Source of the DNA: Cyanophora paradoxa CCMP329
Lineage: Eukaryota; Plantae; Glaucophyta
NCBI GenBank assembly: GCA_004431415.1
Contig: QPMI01000183.1
Coordinates: 62,001 to 126,000 of the forward strand
DNA: 64,000 nucleotides
Reading direction: 5' to 3'
The translations under genes were made by a program, and so were the position numbers. This document shows positions 34,155-47,798 of the stretch, piece after piece. The notes under the pieces are model-generated. The model searched no databases, was not told where the DNA came from, and saw only the letters and a list, made by a program, of their open reading frames with translations. Each line of letters begins with the position of its first letter. Positions within the stretch are counted from its first letter, which is position 1.

Positions 34155-36886
34155 ATGGCTGGAGGCACGCCTCCTGCGGCGGGCATCGGTAGTGGCATTC
34201 TGAAGAGGCAGAGCAGCTCTAGATCTGGCTCGCTGCGCCGCCAGTCGGCACCCGTTGTGCGCACCGCCGCTGTGAATGGAGCAATGCCACAGATCCCGCC
34301 GCAGATCCCGCCGCCCGCCGCAGGCGCATCTCGTCCGCGGCCCCCCAGGCCGGCCGAGGATTCTTTCGGACCCCCGGCACCGTCCGGCCGCACAGCCCGG
34401 TTCGACGAATCGGGCGCCGGCGTCAACATCAGGGTTCCGCGCGCGCACGGGATCGGCACGCCGCCCCAGTTCGGCACAATGCCCCTCGTCACGCTCTCCC
34501 CACCCCCGGATTCGCACCTGGAGCGCGAGCGCCTGGCGAGTCGATCGGCGGCGGGCCAGTCGGCTCGCGGAAGCGTAGACTCGGGCTCGCTCCCCTCCGT
34601 GGTGGTGCGGGCGAAGCCCGGCTGCCCCGTGGGCCGCAGGCGCATCAAGCTCACAAAGCGGCGCTTCCTCGAGGGCACGCCGCACCCCGTGCCCTGCGCC
34701 CCGCGCCCCGCTCGCTCTGATGGTCCTCGGCAGCGTCGATCGTTGCGGTGCAGGTAACCGCAGCCTTCGCGGTGCTGCGCGGTGCGTCCGGCCTGCGTCC
34801 CCGACTCGCCGAGGGCGGCGAGGGCGAGCCCGGGCGGGCGGCAGGGCTGGCGGAGGTGGGACAGGCGTCGGCGCACTTCGGAGTGGCGCACGACGCGATC
34901 CCCGCGATGATTGCATCCATGTACGCAGCCGCCGCCGGTACCCCCGACCCCGCCGCCGCTCCGCCCCGCCCCGCCCCAGGCAGAAGCCGAGCGGGGTCGG
35001 GCCGGGGCGGGCCGCAGGGGGCGTCCCGCTGGCGCTGTTCGTGCTGCACAAGTGGGGGGAGGACAAGATGGCGACCGCCGCGTCGGTGCTCACCGTCGTC
35101 GGCGCCTGGGTGCGCTACGGCGGCTCCTCCCGCGGCCTCTACCCCCTCCACGTCGTCGGCCAGGCCATCGCCTCCGCCGCCCTCGTGCGCCGCTGCATCT
35201 GCACCCCCGCGCGCGTCCCGCCCGCCGCCGACGCGGGCCGGCACTCCCGCAGCCTTTCTTCCTCCTGTCGGCCCCGACCCTCGCCGTGCGCCGCCCGACC
35301 CCGCCCAACCCCCTCGGCGCATCCCGCCGATCGCCCGCTGCCGGCAGGGCCTGTGGTTCCCCGAGACGGGGCGCGTGCGGGCCACTGCGCTGGTCTGCGG
35401 CCTCGCCCTCGCTGGCGGGCACCTCCTCGCGCCCGTCCTCGCCAGCGGTGCGCGCGGCAAGGCGGCCGGGCGCCGCCGCGGGCGCTCCGGCTGAGGGCGG
35501 GCGGCAGTGCTGGTGGCGCGCTTCGACGTGCCGCGGATGATCCTCGTGAGCGCGGCGGTCGTAACGGGCACGGGCCTCGCGTCGGGCCTGCTCAAGGGCC
35601 GCCCTCGCAACCCGCCCTCGTACACCGCCTCCGTGCAGCGGCACACGCTCGCCGACTCGCTCCGCGCCTGCGCCCGCTCGCGCTCCCTCTGGTGGCTCGC
35701 GGGGGCCTCCGCCGGCCTCCTCTCCGCGTTCCTCTCGCTGGCGGCGGTGCTCGCGGAGACGGCGCAGCGCGCGCTCGGCGCCAGCGGGCCCGAGGCGGCG
35801 CAGCTCGCCCAGTACTTCGTGGCCGCCGCTCTGCCGGGCACCTTCCTCGCCGCTTTGATGACCGACGCGACCCGTTTGTACAAGGCGCGCGCCTCGCCCA
35901 TCCCCCGCCCCGGCCCCGCCCAGCTGACCCGGGCCGCGCTCGCTCGCGCAGCTGGCGCTGCTGCTGCCGGCGGCCGGCGGCACGGCGGCGCTGGTGACGT
36001 TCGTGGGGGCGAGCGACGCGCTGCCCTCCTTCGCCGCCCGCCTCGCGCTCGTCTCCCTCGCGGGGGCCGGTCTCCTCCCCGTCCTGCCCCTCGCCACGCA
36101 GGCCGCCATCGAGGCCCTGTACCCCTACGCCGATGCCGCCCCCATGGCCTTCCTCCTCCTCCCCCCGCTCGCCCTCTCCTCCATCCTTATCCCCGCCTGC
36201 CGCTCCGGCTTCCCGCCCGAGGGCGCCACCGACGAGGTGGGGCCGGCGGCGCTGCAGCGCGCGCTGGCGCCGGTGGCGGTGGCGGCCGGCCTCGGCCTGG
36301 CGGCGCTGCTGCCCCTGCGCGTCGAGTTCGCGCGCTCCCTCGAGGACGAGGCGGCCCCCGCCTCCTCGTCCAGTCACGTGCGCCCCCCGCCGCCTCCTTG
36401 CCCCGCCCCGCCCCGCCCCGCCCGACGTCGCGGGGCAGCTCTTCAGCCCGCACCGCCACGCCGCGTACACGTACACGCTGCAGCCGGCCCCGTCGGCCGC
36501 CAGGTCCGCCCCGCCGCCGCCCCGCAGCGCCTGGGCGGGGCGCCGCTCACGCCGGACACAGCGGGGCGCCCTCGCACACGGAGTCAGAGGACGAGCTGAA
36601 CGCCACTGCGGGGAGCCTCCCCTGCCGCGGCCCCGCCGTCCCCGCGGCTGGCCGCCCCCACAGCCCCGGTGCCGGCACTGGTCCTCCCCACACGTACAGC
36701 CCCCCCGGCCCCGCCGGCCCCGGCCGCCCCCGCAGCCCCGGCGCCGACTCCGGCGCGAGCGTCCGCCCGCTGCGCTCGGACCATCTCGAGCGCTCGAACG
36801 AGAGCCTCCTCGCCGCCCCATCGCTGTCGCCGGCCCGCGGCCCGCGCCCGCGCCCTATCTCCCCCGCCTCACTCTCTTCGGCGTGA
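34155..36886 (+). CDS. MFS transporter, divergent FLVCR/SLC49-like
   Basis: IKLTKRRF, VVGAWVRY, VVGQAIA, LWFPETGRVRATA, P.NPPSYTA motifs and many TM segments; long disordered termini. Confidence 0.65.
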
Positions 36887-37089
36887 TCTGATGCGCCCTT
36901 GCCGGCCTCGATCGTGAAGCTAGCGCCGTTCCACGGTTAATTAAAATATAAATTTGATCCTGTCCCACGTACGTACACGTTTTACAGTAGCGCACAGATG
37001 GGGGGGTAGAGACCAACAGCCTACGTCGGCGCCGGATCCGCCAAATCGATCTCACAGGCTTATATATAGCTTATAGATAGCATACCACG

Positions 37090-38030
37090 ATGGCTTCGAA
37101 TTCCGCCGCGCCGGCTGCAGCTGCTGGTCCGCCGCTGCACCCGAACTTGACTGCTTTGCGATGGATGCTTGGCACCTGGCGGGGGTTCGCTTTATTTCAC
37201 ATCGCCACCCACCACGTGCTGACGTTCAATTCACACGTGTGTGCTCAGCCAGGGGCGCGGTTTTTATCCCACCATCAAATCGTTCGGTGCGCCCGACATC
37301 GCCTGCGCTGGCACCGCTGCCATTGTACTCACATCCGTATGAGCGCAGACTACACCGAGGAGCTCGTTATCGGCCACGGCGGCAAGCCGGTACTGTCATA
37401 CAGCCAGAAAACGTGCGTTAGCAGCGCTACCCCACGCGCGCTGCACTGGAGCTAACCTTGGCCTGCAACAGCTGGGTCGACGGCAAACTGATGCATGTCG
37501 AGAGCGGCTTCATTCGGGTGCCTGAGCCGCCGGCGATTGAGTTTGTTGTAATGCATGCGAATGGTGCGGCCGGCCTGATCATGAGCTCCGCGGCGACTCT
37601 CAAGAGTCTCTTGCAAACGGGGGCCGGGCGCAGGGCTGGGAGAGACGGATGAAGGCAATATCGATGTTGCCGAGGACGGGCGCGTAGTATTCAAAATTCG
37701 CTCGACGGCCCTGACGCGGACGCAGAGCGCTAAAGCCCCGCACGTCAGTCCCCTATCCCCAGCCGCCAGGGATGCGCAGTTCAAAGCATCGCTTACGCAC
37801 GGCTCTTCGGGGCGCGCAGGTCACCGGCGTGGAGCGCGAGTTCGCCAAGAAGGACGACAACACGCTCGTGTACAGGCGCGCGCGCGTGCCTCCCTGCGTG
37901 CAGCTTTTCGTTACGTTGGGTGTCGGGCCTGACGTCGACCGGCCCTGCTCCGGTCCACAGCGTCTCGATGTCGACGACGACGACGCAGCACATGGAAAAG
38001 CACCTGGAGGCTACCCTCAAGCGCGTTTAG
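37090..38030 (+). CDS. Nitrobindin / THAP4-like heme-binding beta-barrel (DUF1794)
   Basis: LHPNLTALRWMLGTWRG, GRGFYPTI, YTEEL, GKPVLSYSQKT, MHVESGFIR, C-terminal HLEATLKR with the heme His. Confidence 0.92.
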
Positions 38031-38144
38031 AGCGGGCACGCGGCCGTTCGATTATTTACGCTAAATACAAGTACAGTCGAACTACGCTTGAAAGAAACTG
38101 CTGTCGGGCTGCATATGTTTCTAAAGAATCTGCTAGCGCTGCTC

Positions 38145-39863
38145 CTAGTGCTGGGGGCGGGGCGGGAAGGTCCGGACGATTTTGCCCGAAGAGATAACGT
38201 GCTGCACAGGTGTCGGCGTCACGAGGGCGGGGCAAGGTCGGGCGGGAGGGGACAGGGGGGGGGGAAAGGGGGGGGGGGGGAACGAGCCTTTATGTGGTGC
38301 ACGCCGGCGCGAAGGATGATAGAGATAGCGCCGCAGAAGGGCTGCAGGTTCGAGTCCGGCTGAAGGACGATGAGGTCGGCGGAGTAGCCCTCCTGGGGCC
38401 CCGTGAGTCGCCGGCGAAGGGCGGGGCCGGCGGGCGGGCGGACCTCGACAAGCCCCCGGCGCTCAATCCCGAGCAGCCTGCACGCGTCCACCGTCGCTGC
38501 CCGCAACAACGCCTCCGGGCTGATCTGCGGCTTCCCTGCCCCACCCGCGTCGTGGGACACGGGGGGGGGGGGGGGGGGGGGGCGCAGGGTGCGGGGCGGG
38601 GCAGGGCGGACCCTTGTAGTCCATCATGTGCTTGCGGGTGACGAACTCGAGCTCGCGGAAGAGGTCCGGCGTGTTTGTGAAGACGTTGTCCGTCGCTAAC
38701 GCGAATCGCACCTGCCGAGAAGCGTGCCCGCCCGTCGGCCTCGCACCGGCGCGGCCGGGCCGGCGGGGCGGGGCGCACCCCCAGGCGCGATAGTTCCGCC
38801 AGGTCAGGAGTACGTTCACCGAAGGTGCTCCCTGATCGAATGCAGCACACGATCCCGACCTGCCGCGCCGCCCGGGGGGTATTGAGGGCCCACGGCCGCG
38901 GCCGGGCCCGGCGGAGAGGGGGTCGGAGGGCCCCGCACGTTGCGTTTCGCGAGGATCGCCAGCTGCGCCTCGGACAGGTAGTTGCAGTGCACGAGAAAAC
39001 GGACGCCGAGGAGATCGAGCGCGCGGTCGAAGCTCCTGCGGGCGGGTGAGCGGCGGGTGAGCGGCGGGTGAGCGGCGGGGGCGGCGGGGGCGGCGCACTT
39101 GGTCTCTGCGAACTCGGCCATGTGCGTGCAGGTGAGCTTGGCTCTCCTACGTGCCGCCTCGCGGAAGCGCTCCAGCAGCGAGTCGGCGAGGCCCGTCGAG
39201 GAGCACGGCCCGAAGCCGTCCCCCAGCTCCGCCAGCTCTTCCACCAGCACGTCAGGCGCATCCGCTCCCTCGTTCTCCACCTCCTGCAGCTCACCCAGCA
39301 GAATCTCGTGCATGCCAGTCCCTGCCGTACGCGTCGGCCGGCGTGCGTTGGCTTCGTAAACAGCCGGGCCCACCTTCGCAAGCGCTCCGCACGGCCCGCA
39401 GCCCCCGCGCGCCCTCCTCGACGAATACGGCAGCGGTCAGCACGCCGTAGTCCACCATTTGGCTGATCGCCTGCCGTGCAGAAGCCCGCAACTCGTCTGC
39501 GCGGTGCGAGGGCGGCGCTCAGCGCCAGGCCACGCGGGCACTACACAGCGCTGCACGCGGACCTTCCGAGGCTTCGGAGAGCGTCCTGTACTTCCAACCG
39601 GAGCGCAGGAACAGCTCCGGGATCGAATAACCAACCCAGCGCTCCTTCAGCTGGGAGTCGAGCACGTGGCAGTGCGCATTCGCGAACGCCGGTATTACGA
39701 TGAGACCGTCGCCGTCAATCTCCTGCTCCGCCGCGCTGTCTTCGGGCTCGGTCGTCGGCGGCACACGGAGCCGCGCAATGCGACCATTTTCTATTACTAT
39801 ATCTCCCGTGCAGACGCTAAACTGCTCTCCTCGGAGGAGCGTCGCTCTCCTGATGAGCAGCAT
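38145..39863 (-). CDS. Metal-dependent amidohydrolase resembling the archaeal chlorohydrolase-like group; 9 exons
   Basis: PAFANAHCHVLDS (HxH), THMAE, FLVHCN, LATDNVFTNTPDLFRELEF, EGYSADLIVL; TAG at 38145-38147. Confidence 0.88.
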
Positions 39864-40029
39864 GGGTATGGCATTCTCATCGGTTCAGATAGGGCTCATC
39901 GGTGCCTCATTTCTCTCACACGCAACCGATCAACCTTGGACTCTTGATGCGGCCTGGGCTCACTTCACCGCTGCACGCTGCGCCTAGCTAACTCTTCGGA
40001 CGAGTGCGCTGCGGCACAAGCAAGGCGGC

Positions 40030-43000
40030 ATGGAGCTGACGGAAGACCCGGTGAAGCTGTACATCGCCCTCACGGAGGCCGGCCTTGCTTCTCCTGCTTC
40101 GCCGGGCAAGGGGGCCCGCGGGAAGGCAGGCAAGGAGGCAAAGGCGGGGGCGGTGGATCTGACGGCGCTCAAGAGTTTATGGATGAAGCAGCAGGCCGCC
40201 GGCCTGAGCGGATTCCTCGTCCCGGTCACCCCGGCCGAGCCGGCGCTCACAGCTAGGCCTCCAAACACACCGCCGCCAAGCACCCCGCATCGAGCCCGGC
40301 GCCTCAGCACACCTGCAACCGCGCAATCTCGGCGCCTCAGCACACCCGCGACTGTGCAGAGCAGCGGCTACGGGCCGATCAACCTTCGGCGCCGTAGCAC
40401 GGCCGCAGACGCGGCCGTGACGCCGAAGAAGAAGAAGAAGTTGATCATCAGTCCACTGCAGGTCCCTGCTCTTTCCGTGAATCATCGCTCTAGCTATCAC
40501 TGAGCCGGCTGCTCAGCCGCCACTCGAGCCGCTAAGGCCCGGCGCCGAGAAGCCCCTTACCGCTTTTCAAGCGTGGAGGCTTCTGCAGATGCAAGAGAGG
40601 GAGAAGCTGGCGCAGGAGGAGCTGGAGCGGCAGGCGCGCAAGTCCAGCGGCTACGGGCGAGCTAGCCGCTCGCCGCCGCCGCCCGAGGAGGAGGGCGAGG
40701 AGACCAGCCCGGAGGACGAGGCCGACGAGGACGGGGAGCGGCCCGAGAAGCCGGCGCACCGGCCGCGGCCGCCGCACCGGCCGCGCTCGAGCGTCGCCTC
40801 CCCGCGGGCCATCGCCGTGCGCCTTCCTCCTGCTCACCCTCGCCTCCCCCTTTCACAGCGCCCCTGCAGGAGTTCGCGGCGAGCCTCGACCACGAGCGGA
40901 GGCACCTGATCGGAGGGCACCACCCCGAGCACCCCATCAAGGCGCGCAGGCCGCCACGCCCGCCCGATTCTCCTAACTGGCGGCCGCCGGCGCAGTACTG
41001 CACATGCTGCAGGCTTGCGACAGCGCCCCCCGTGCTGCCGCTCACCTCAAGGAAGGGCGGCTCGGCCATCTCCAAGATCGACCCCAAGCGGGCGCTTCGC
41101 CTCGCTTCCGCTCTGATCGTGCAGGCACGCCGCTCCGCGCGCCCGCGACCGCCCCTGGTGCGGCGGCTGGGCCCGTGACTCGCGAGCGCCCTCCAGGTCT
41201 GCCTGCAGTCGTGGGCCGCACGCCGCCAACTGGAGCAGATGAGGCTGCTGCGGCGGCGCGAGACCGCCTGCGCAATGATCATCCGCCGTTGGTGGTGCTG
41301 CCTGCCGCCTCTTACCCCATCAGTGCCCCCGCGCCCACGCCGCCGTGCCCGCAGGCGCTTTCACTTCATCTCCTCGACCTTTTTCCGCTACCAGAGGTGC
41401 GGTGCTAGAAGCGGAGGATGCGCCGTCACTCACCCCGCCACGGCAGGATCTTTAGGGTGCAGCGCGCTGCGGCAGTGCGGATCCAGCGGTCAGCCCGTGC
41501 CACGTGCCTCGCGCACGGCCCGGCCTGACCCCGCGCGTCCGTCCGCAGAGCGTGGCGGCGCTTCAGGAGGAAGAACTTCAGTTACCTCGCAAACGCCCGC
41601 AAGGCTGCCGTCCGCATAGTCCGCTGGTTCAGGTCCGTGCGCCTTGCCGGCCCCTCGGGCTCCCCAGCCCTATCCTCAATTTTTCCCCAGGCGGCTGCAG
41701 CTGGTTCGGAAGCGGTTTCGCGCTGCGCTTAGGATTCAGCGATTCCGCCGCCGATACGCGATCCTCAAGCGGTCCGCCGCCTGCCCCCCGCCGCGCCTTC
41801 TCCCGCCGCTGAGAGCGAGCGGCCGGACACCGCCTCGGCAGGTGGCAGCGGGCCGCGTACCGCATGCTCTTCCGCGCGCAGCAGTCGGCCCTGCGTATCC
41901 AAGCGGCCTTCAAGATGCACCGCTGCAGGCGTCCCCTGCTCGTGACTCTAGCGGCGAAGCACGCGTTCCTGCGGCAGCTGGCGGCGACGCGCATTCAGAT
42001 GGCGTACCGGCGGCACCGGGTGGGCCGGCGCATCGCCCAGCGCCGCTACCGGGCCGCTCGCTCCGCGTGGCGGTGGCGGGGGGCGGTGCGTGTCAACCGC
42101 TTCCGCGGGGCGGTCTACGCAGCCATGGACGGCGCTGCCGTCGCCGCCCAGGTCATCCAGGTCCGCCTGCTGCCGGCGCCGCCCCCGCTGCCCCCGCTGC
42201 CCCCGCTGCCCCCGCCCGAGCCGCCGCCGCCGCCGCCGCCGCCGCCGCAGGCGATCGTCCGGCGGCGCCTCGCGTGGCGCGCGCTCCAGCGGCGTGCCGT
42301 GGAGCGCATCGAGGCCGCCTTCCGGATGAAGCGGGCCGCGAGGTGCCCCCCCCCGGCCCCCCCGTCGCGCGCCCCTTTCACCGGCCGCCGGCAGGCTCCT
42401 CAACTCGACGCGCTGGGCAGTGCACAGGATCCAGCGCTACTGGCGGCGCGTGCTCTCGCGGGACGCGCTGGCGCGGGCGCGGGAGCAGATGCGCGCGTGG
42501 ATGGACTCGGTCGCACCCGACCTCATGGCGGAGGTGCGCCGCCACCCCGACCGCCCAATCCGTCGCGCGTCGCCAACCCATCCCGCAGGCGCCCGTTGCC
42601 CTCGACCGGGTCGCCGAGCAGGCGCTGCCCCCAGCCACTCTTGAGACGCGTCGACCTGAAGCCCTGTCGTAGATTCCAGCCTTCTTCACGACGCAGCCAA
42701 ATTCGCCGCTGCGCGTCATCGACCGGTGGCGCGTGCTGCAGGTCCTCGTTGCCCACAAGCGCTTCATACGCGCTGTCTACTTCGCCGGTACGCCCCGCCC
42801 GCCTTGGGCGCTCGATCCCCGGCCTTCGCCTCACCCCTGGCCCTTTCTTTAGCGGCTATGGATGGGGTCAACACAGGCGCGGCCGGCGTCCGGGCCTTCG
42901 CCCTCAGCACCCGCAAGTACGTTTCATCCCCGGTTGTACCTCCGGATCCCATTTCATTTGATCATCGGGGATGCTTCAGATTCCACAAGCTCGTCATCGA

Positions 43001-44467
43001 GACCCTTGGCATCCGTGCGCCCGACTGCGAGACGCCCAGCAGTGCTCTGACTCTGCCGCAGCACTACCAAGGCCAACTATAGCGTCTCTCTTCATCGTAG
43101 TCAACCGGGACCCTGCGAGCGCCGCCCCCACGGCCTCCCCTTCCATTCCCTCCATCACCGGCCCCGCGCCACCATCCATCTCCCTTGCTCCAGCGACCAC
43201 CGCTTCCGTGCCAGATGAGGAGCCGCGCTCAGCGCTGGCCCCCATCTACAACTCCGCCCCCAGTGAGCGCCCGACTTCCGCCCGACGCCCATCGACTGGA
43301 GCTCAGCACAGCAGCCGGCCACAGTCCGCAAACCACCTTGCACCGGGTGGTGCAAACAAAGCAGACCGCCCCACGTCAGCAGGACGGCTGCCGGCCAATG
43401 TGGCCGCAACGCCAGCTGCGTCCGACGGTGGCACGGATGGTGACCAGGGGCGGATGAGTCTGGACGAGTTTGCCGAGGCTCTTCTCCGCGTTAGCCTCAT
43501 GCTCTACCCGCCCCCTATGGCTGGAGTCGCCCCGGGCACTTCTGAGGCACTCGCCCTTCCCCAAATCGCATCCTTACACGCACTAACACGAAGCAGGCTG
43601 GTGCTCGAGTTAAGAAACTTCTGGCGGATTACGTGAAGCCCGCTGCAGAGAAAGCCCTGCATTTCATGCCCCTTGCACTTGATCTTCGTGACTCCAGCAT
43701 ATTTGTGACGGTACGGCCTTCCGATCAGCCACCTGTCTGTATGTTCTCTCACACATGCTTGCCAGAACATTCTCAAACGATTCGACAAGGAACTGGGGGC
43801 AGTGTTTCGGCAGTGGGCGAAAAGTACTGAAGTGCGAACTTCTGTCCCAGCATGGGCTTGGCACCATTGCTTAACAGCCTGTGACAGGATAAACATGATG
43901 CGGGGGCTCAGAAACTCAATTGGCGGGAGTTCCTGACCCTTCTCCAGACCAAATCAATGATCGGACCTTCACTCTCCACGGCCCAAGCATTCCGCAGTCC
44001 GTAGCTGCCACTCACCCTCCACTCTCCACTGCTTACTCTCTCCTGCATGCAGGCTTTGTCTTCAGCAACGGACAGGAGATCAACGTTTTCCTTGAATCAC
44101 CAGATGGCTCTCGTCTGGATTCTCTCCTGCAGATGGATTTTGAAGAGTTCCTGGAGGCACTCTGCGTGCGTTTTATGCCAGACATCGTTGGTTGCCGGAC
44201 GCGTTGGATGCTGATTTTAATGCTGACGTCTCACATTTTCTCGTGCGGGCACAGAGATGCTGCGCTCGTGCCTCCTCGACGAATGTGAGCACTCTTGAGA
44301 CGGCTTTAGCAGTGCCTGTTCGTGAGCTTGGTGCGTGCTCGGGGCAGAAGGGGAGCCTCCAGCCCCTTCTCACAATGCGCAGAGCCCTTTCTTCGCAGGC
44401 TCATCAGCTAGTGTCCCGCTTGAAGCAGCTTAGAATCGGAAACCCCCCTTACCCCTCCTTGCAGTGA
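40030..44467 (+). CDS. Large IQ-motif repeat protein with EF-hand-like C-terminal segments
   Basis: At least 7 IQ-like motifs (ALRIQAAFKMHRCRR, ATRIQMAYRRHR, VHRIQRYWRR); MSLDEFAEAL and MDFEEFLEAL. Exon chain partly uncertain. Confidence 0.6.
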
Positions 44468-45201
44468 ACTTCAAGCAAGAAGGTCAGAAGAAGGGTTGCG
44501 CTAGAAGGCGCCGTAGAGGTAGAGCTCGAGGGAGCCGGCTCGGGTGGATTATAAAATGGGGTCTACTGTACCCCCCCCCCCCCCAAGCTTGCCGGGGGGC
44601 AGCCTGGCAGTCTAACGGATCGGGGGTTCGTCGTGGTGGCTGTGTCACAGTGTAAACGGCTAGTGGCGAACTCGGCTGCGAGGGACGTTAAGGAGCCCGG
44701 ATCAACGGATTCGTGTTCAGTAGCGTCTACGCTCGTCGTACAACGTACGCGCTGGAGCCTCGGAGCGCCGGCGCCCGCGCCGCGGCATGCGGCCGACGGC
44801 CAACCGTTGAATTCGAACCGTCACTGCGCCGAAAGCGCCCCGGGTACAGAGATGCGCTGCCTCCGAACGCGCGGGGTGGCGGACATCGGAACGAGGACGC
44901 TGAAAACGCGCTGGAGGAGAGCTTTCGAAGCGCAGTCGTCCGGACGCGCAGCGCCAGCAACCGATGCGCCGATTGTTGCGCCGAGGCCGCTATACAAATA
45001 TACAAGTACCCCTCTGTTCGCAGCTGGCAGCTGGCTGAAGCAAGAGTTTAGCTACGTATACCGGCGCTTTGTCTCGAGTTTCTACCAACAACGCCTCTTC
45101 TTTACACTAGCTTTCGGCAAGCCCCCCCTCCCCTCGGAACACGCTCAGCCGACCGCTCCAGAGATCGCTCGTGTGCCTCGGGCCTCCGTATCACCATTAG
45201 G

Positions 45202-47315
45202 ATGAGTTCCGATGCTGGCGGTCGGTCGCTCAAGCGCGAGAAGATTCTGGAGGAGGAGCAGTACACCGACGCGCTTCAGACCATCATCGAGCGTGACTTC
45301 TTCCCGCATCTGGACTTCTACAGGTGCCGCTTATGCTGCTCGAGCTCTGATTATTCGATCTCTAACGCCCCTGCGCAGATGGAAGGTGCCGCTCATTTCC
45401 GCGGATGTGGTGTGTGCCGCCTTCACCTGACGCCCGCCCGCGCACGCGCAGCTTGCGTACTTGGAAGCGCAAGAGGCAGGGGATTTCGCGCGCGTCCGCG
45501 AGCTGCAGACCCAGTTTGTCGCTCAGAAGGGGCGGTTTGGTGCTCGGCCTCGGACTGACAGGCGCGGAACGGGGATCACGCGTAAGTCCAACCAAGGCGC
45601 TTAAGCACCTTTGACACCTGCAGCTGATAAATACGCTGCAGCAACCCCTGGACGATTCGGCGCGACGCCGGGAGAGTTTCTGCAGACCCCTGCAACGTTG
45701 CGGCCTACCACCCCTTCTGTAGCTGGCGAAGCTATCAACGATGCCGCGTCTGTTGTTGCGGATGAAGAAGGCGTATTCATCTCTCCAAAGTTATCCCTGG
45801 ATGCATTTTTGTCGAAGTACACGAGTGAGGACAACGCGTCGTAAGTTGTTGTTAAGCTGCAATCGTAATCCTTGATGACTTATCGGCCGACAGGTTCCAG
45901 ATTCTTCTGAAAAAGAGCAACGACAGGAAACGAGCCAAGAATCAGCATATCTACGCTCTAGAAACGAAACAGCTGCCACCCCCTGATGCTCCGTTGCTGT
46001 TGGAGGGTGCAAAGAACAAAGCCAGCACGGGATCCGCTTCGGCAGAAAATGGAGCAGAACCATCTTCATCGTCTTCATCATCTGTATCCAAAGAGCTCGC
46101 ACTGGCCCCAGCTCCAATCAACCCTCAGCCTGGCGATATCCAAATGTGGAACTACACGGCTCGGAACACACTCTATTACATCCCGGATGGTGTGGGATCT
46201 GACGCAGATGTTGTTGGTCCCCCGAAGGAAGTGTTGCACGCCAACACTCGTGTCTCGACTCTTGCCCTTGGGGAGGCAAAGCCAGCCGCACAGGTTAGCA
46301 TGTCCTTGTAAATCTTTGATCTTATCATACTGAAGAAATTTGTGACAGGGACCCTCTGGACAGCAACAGGAGATTATCTGGAGACCTTTGGACAGCGGGG
46401 GACCACAAAGTCTGGAGCAGTGGCGGCGGATGCGGCAAACTGGACAGAAATATGACCTTGATGGTGCGAACGTGCAACCGTATGCGAATAACTTGCATTG
46501 AGGGGTTCTTTCGAAACAGAAATCATGAACGGTCCTGGAGCAAAGAAGCCGTCTGGTGCAACCACCCAGGATGGAGGATCGTACAGCTTCATTGCCACGC
46601 CCGATATCCGACCTGGGGTGGATGCCTCGCCTTTGATGACTTGGGGAAACATTGAGTCAACTCCTCTGCTGCTTGATCCTTCTGAAACCCCATTTCACTC
46701 GCTGTCTGGTACGGGCCTTCGCCCCTTGGCCTGCCCTTTACCCCTAGGCCTGCCTCCTAGAAGTGCCATTGATCCAACTCGCAGGACCATCGTTCAAGTT
46801 TCCCGAGAAGCTATCACGGGAGGTCGCTGCAGAACAGATGCACGAGGAGGTTTCCAGAAAAGCGAAGCAGAAGGCCGCTGATGCAAGGGCTCAGCCTACT
46901 GCCAGGTTTTCTGCCCAGCCCCTCGTCCATGGCATGATTCTGAATTCCCTGAGACAGGATGGCCAGTCCTCGGATTGCCTTGTCCCCAGCCGCTCAACGC
47001 CTAGCTGCCAAGCATTTGAAAAGCTCAGGAACTCATGGTGTCGACAAGCAGCTCAGGCAGAGGTTCGTTCCCTGGCGACGTCGAGTGTTGTGAACACGTG
47101 TGTCTGACTTGTGTGTGTGACTTTCGTGCAGCTATTCCCCAAGCCCCTCTCGGGCATCAATAGCAACCCCAGCAGGCTCCATCCGAGCAACACCCAGGCC
47201 ACCGGTCCCGCTGTTTGGCGGAAGCAAGACTGGCTCGGGAACGACTCCAACCATACAACCGGGGCAAACTAGAAGCCAGACGGCTGACCATCTCGACAAT
47301 CTTCTCAATTTTTAG
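45202..47315 (+). CDS. ESS2: Splicing factor ESS-2/DGCR14
   Basis: ILEEEQYTDALQTIIERDFFP, LSLDAFLSKYTSEDNASF, WNYTARNTLYYIPDG, ASPLMTWGNIESTP. Confidence 0.93.
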
Positions 47316-47706
47316 ACAGATCATTACACGACTGATGATGTTCGCTAGCTGTTTACAGCTCGAGCTGCCTATTTTCTGTCCAAAGACATTCGGCTCATGA
47401 GAGGTGCACACTTGTTGAATGTAGCTGCAGTTGTACCAGCACTGCGCTCGGTGGAGAACGGCTGTGCATGTGGCCTTAAGCTTAGAGTCATCGGGACAGC
47501 GACCTGGCCTTAAGCTTGCAGATGTGTGTACGGGCTATAGAATGCGGCATATAGCTACAGTTCACTGAGTCATGTGTACGCTGCCAAACAGCGCGACGTC
47601 AAACCATCGAACCGCATTGATATCCTTATCTCCCAAGCCTCCGCCCAGGCCTTGAGAGGCTTGCACGCGCACTGGTGGACTTCCCCGCCCCTGTCGCCCT
47701 GGACCT

Positions 47707-47768
47707 TCTTTGCAAATAGGAGAGGCCTAAGTTCAGCATCTTTGCAAATAGGAGAGGCCTAAGTTCAG
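47707..47768 (+). repeat. 30-bp perfect direct repeat downstream of DRC8
   Basis: TCTTTGCAAATAGGAGAGGCCTAAGTTCAG at 47707 and 47739. Confidence 0.95.
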
Positions 47769-47798
47769 ACATCACGCTGTATAACAAGCTTCATATGT

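Noticed and set aside
2869-36440. Introner-like mobile introns
   Set aside because: Introns at different loci share only low-complexity CCCCG/GGGGC runs, not a specific sequence family.
22113-38582. Long poly-G runs near 22113 and 38562
   Set aside because: Intronic homopolymers of unreliable length with no further structure.
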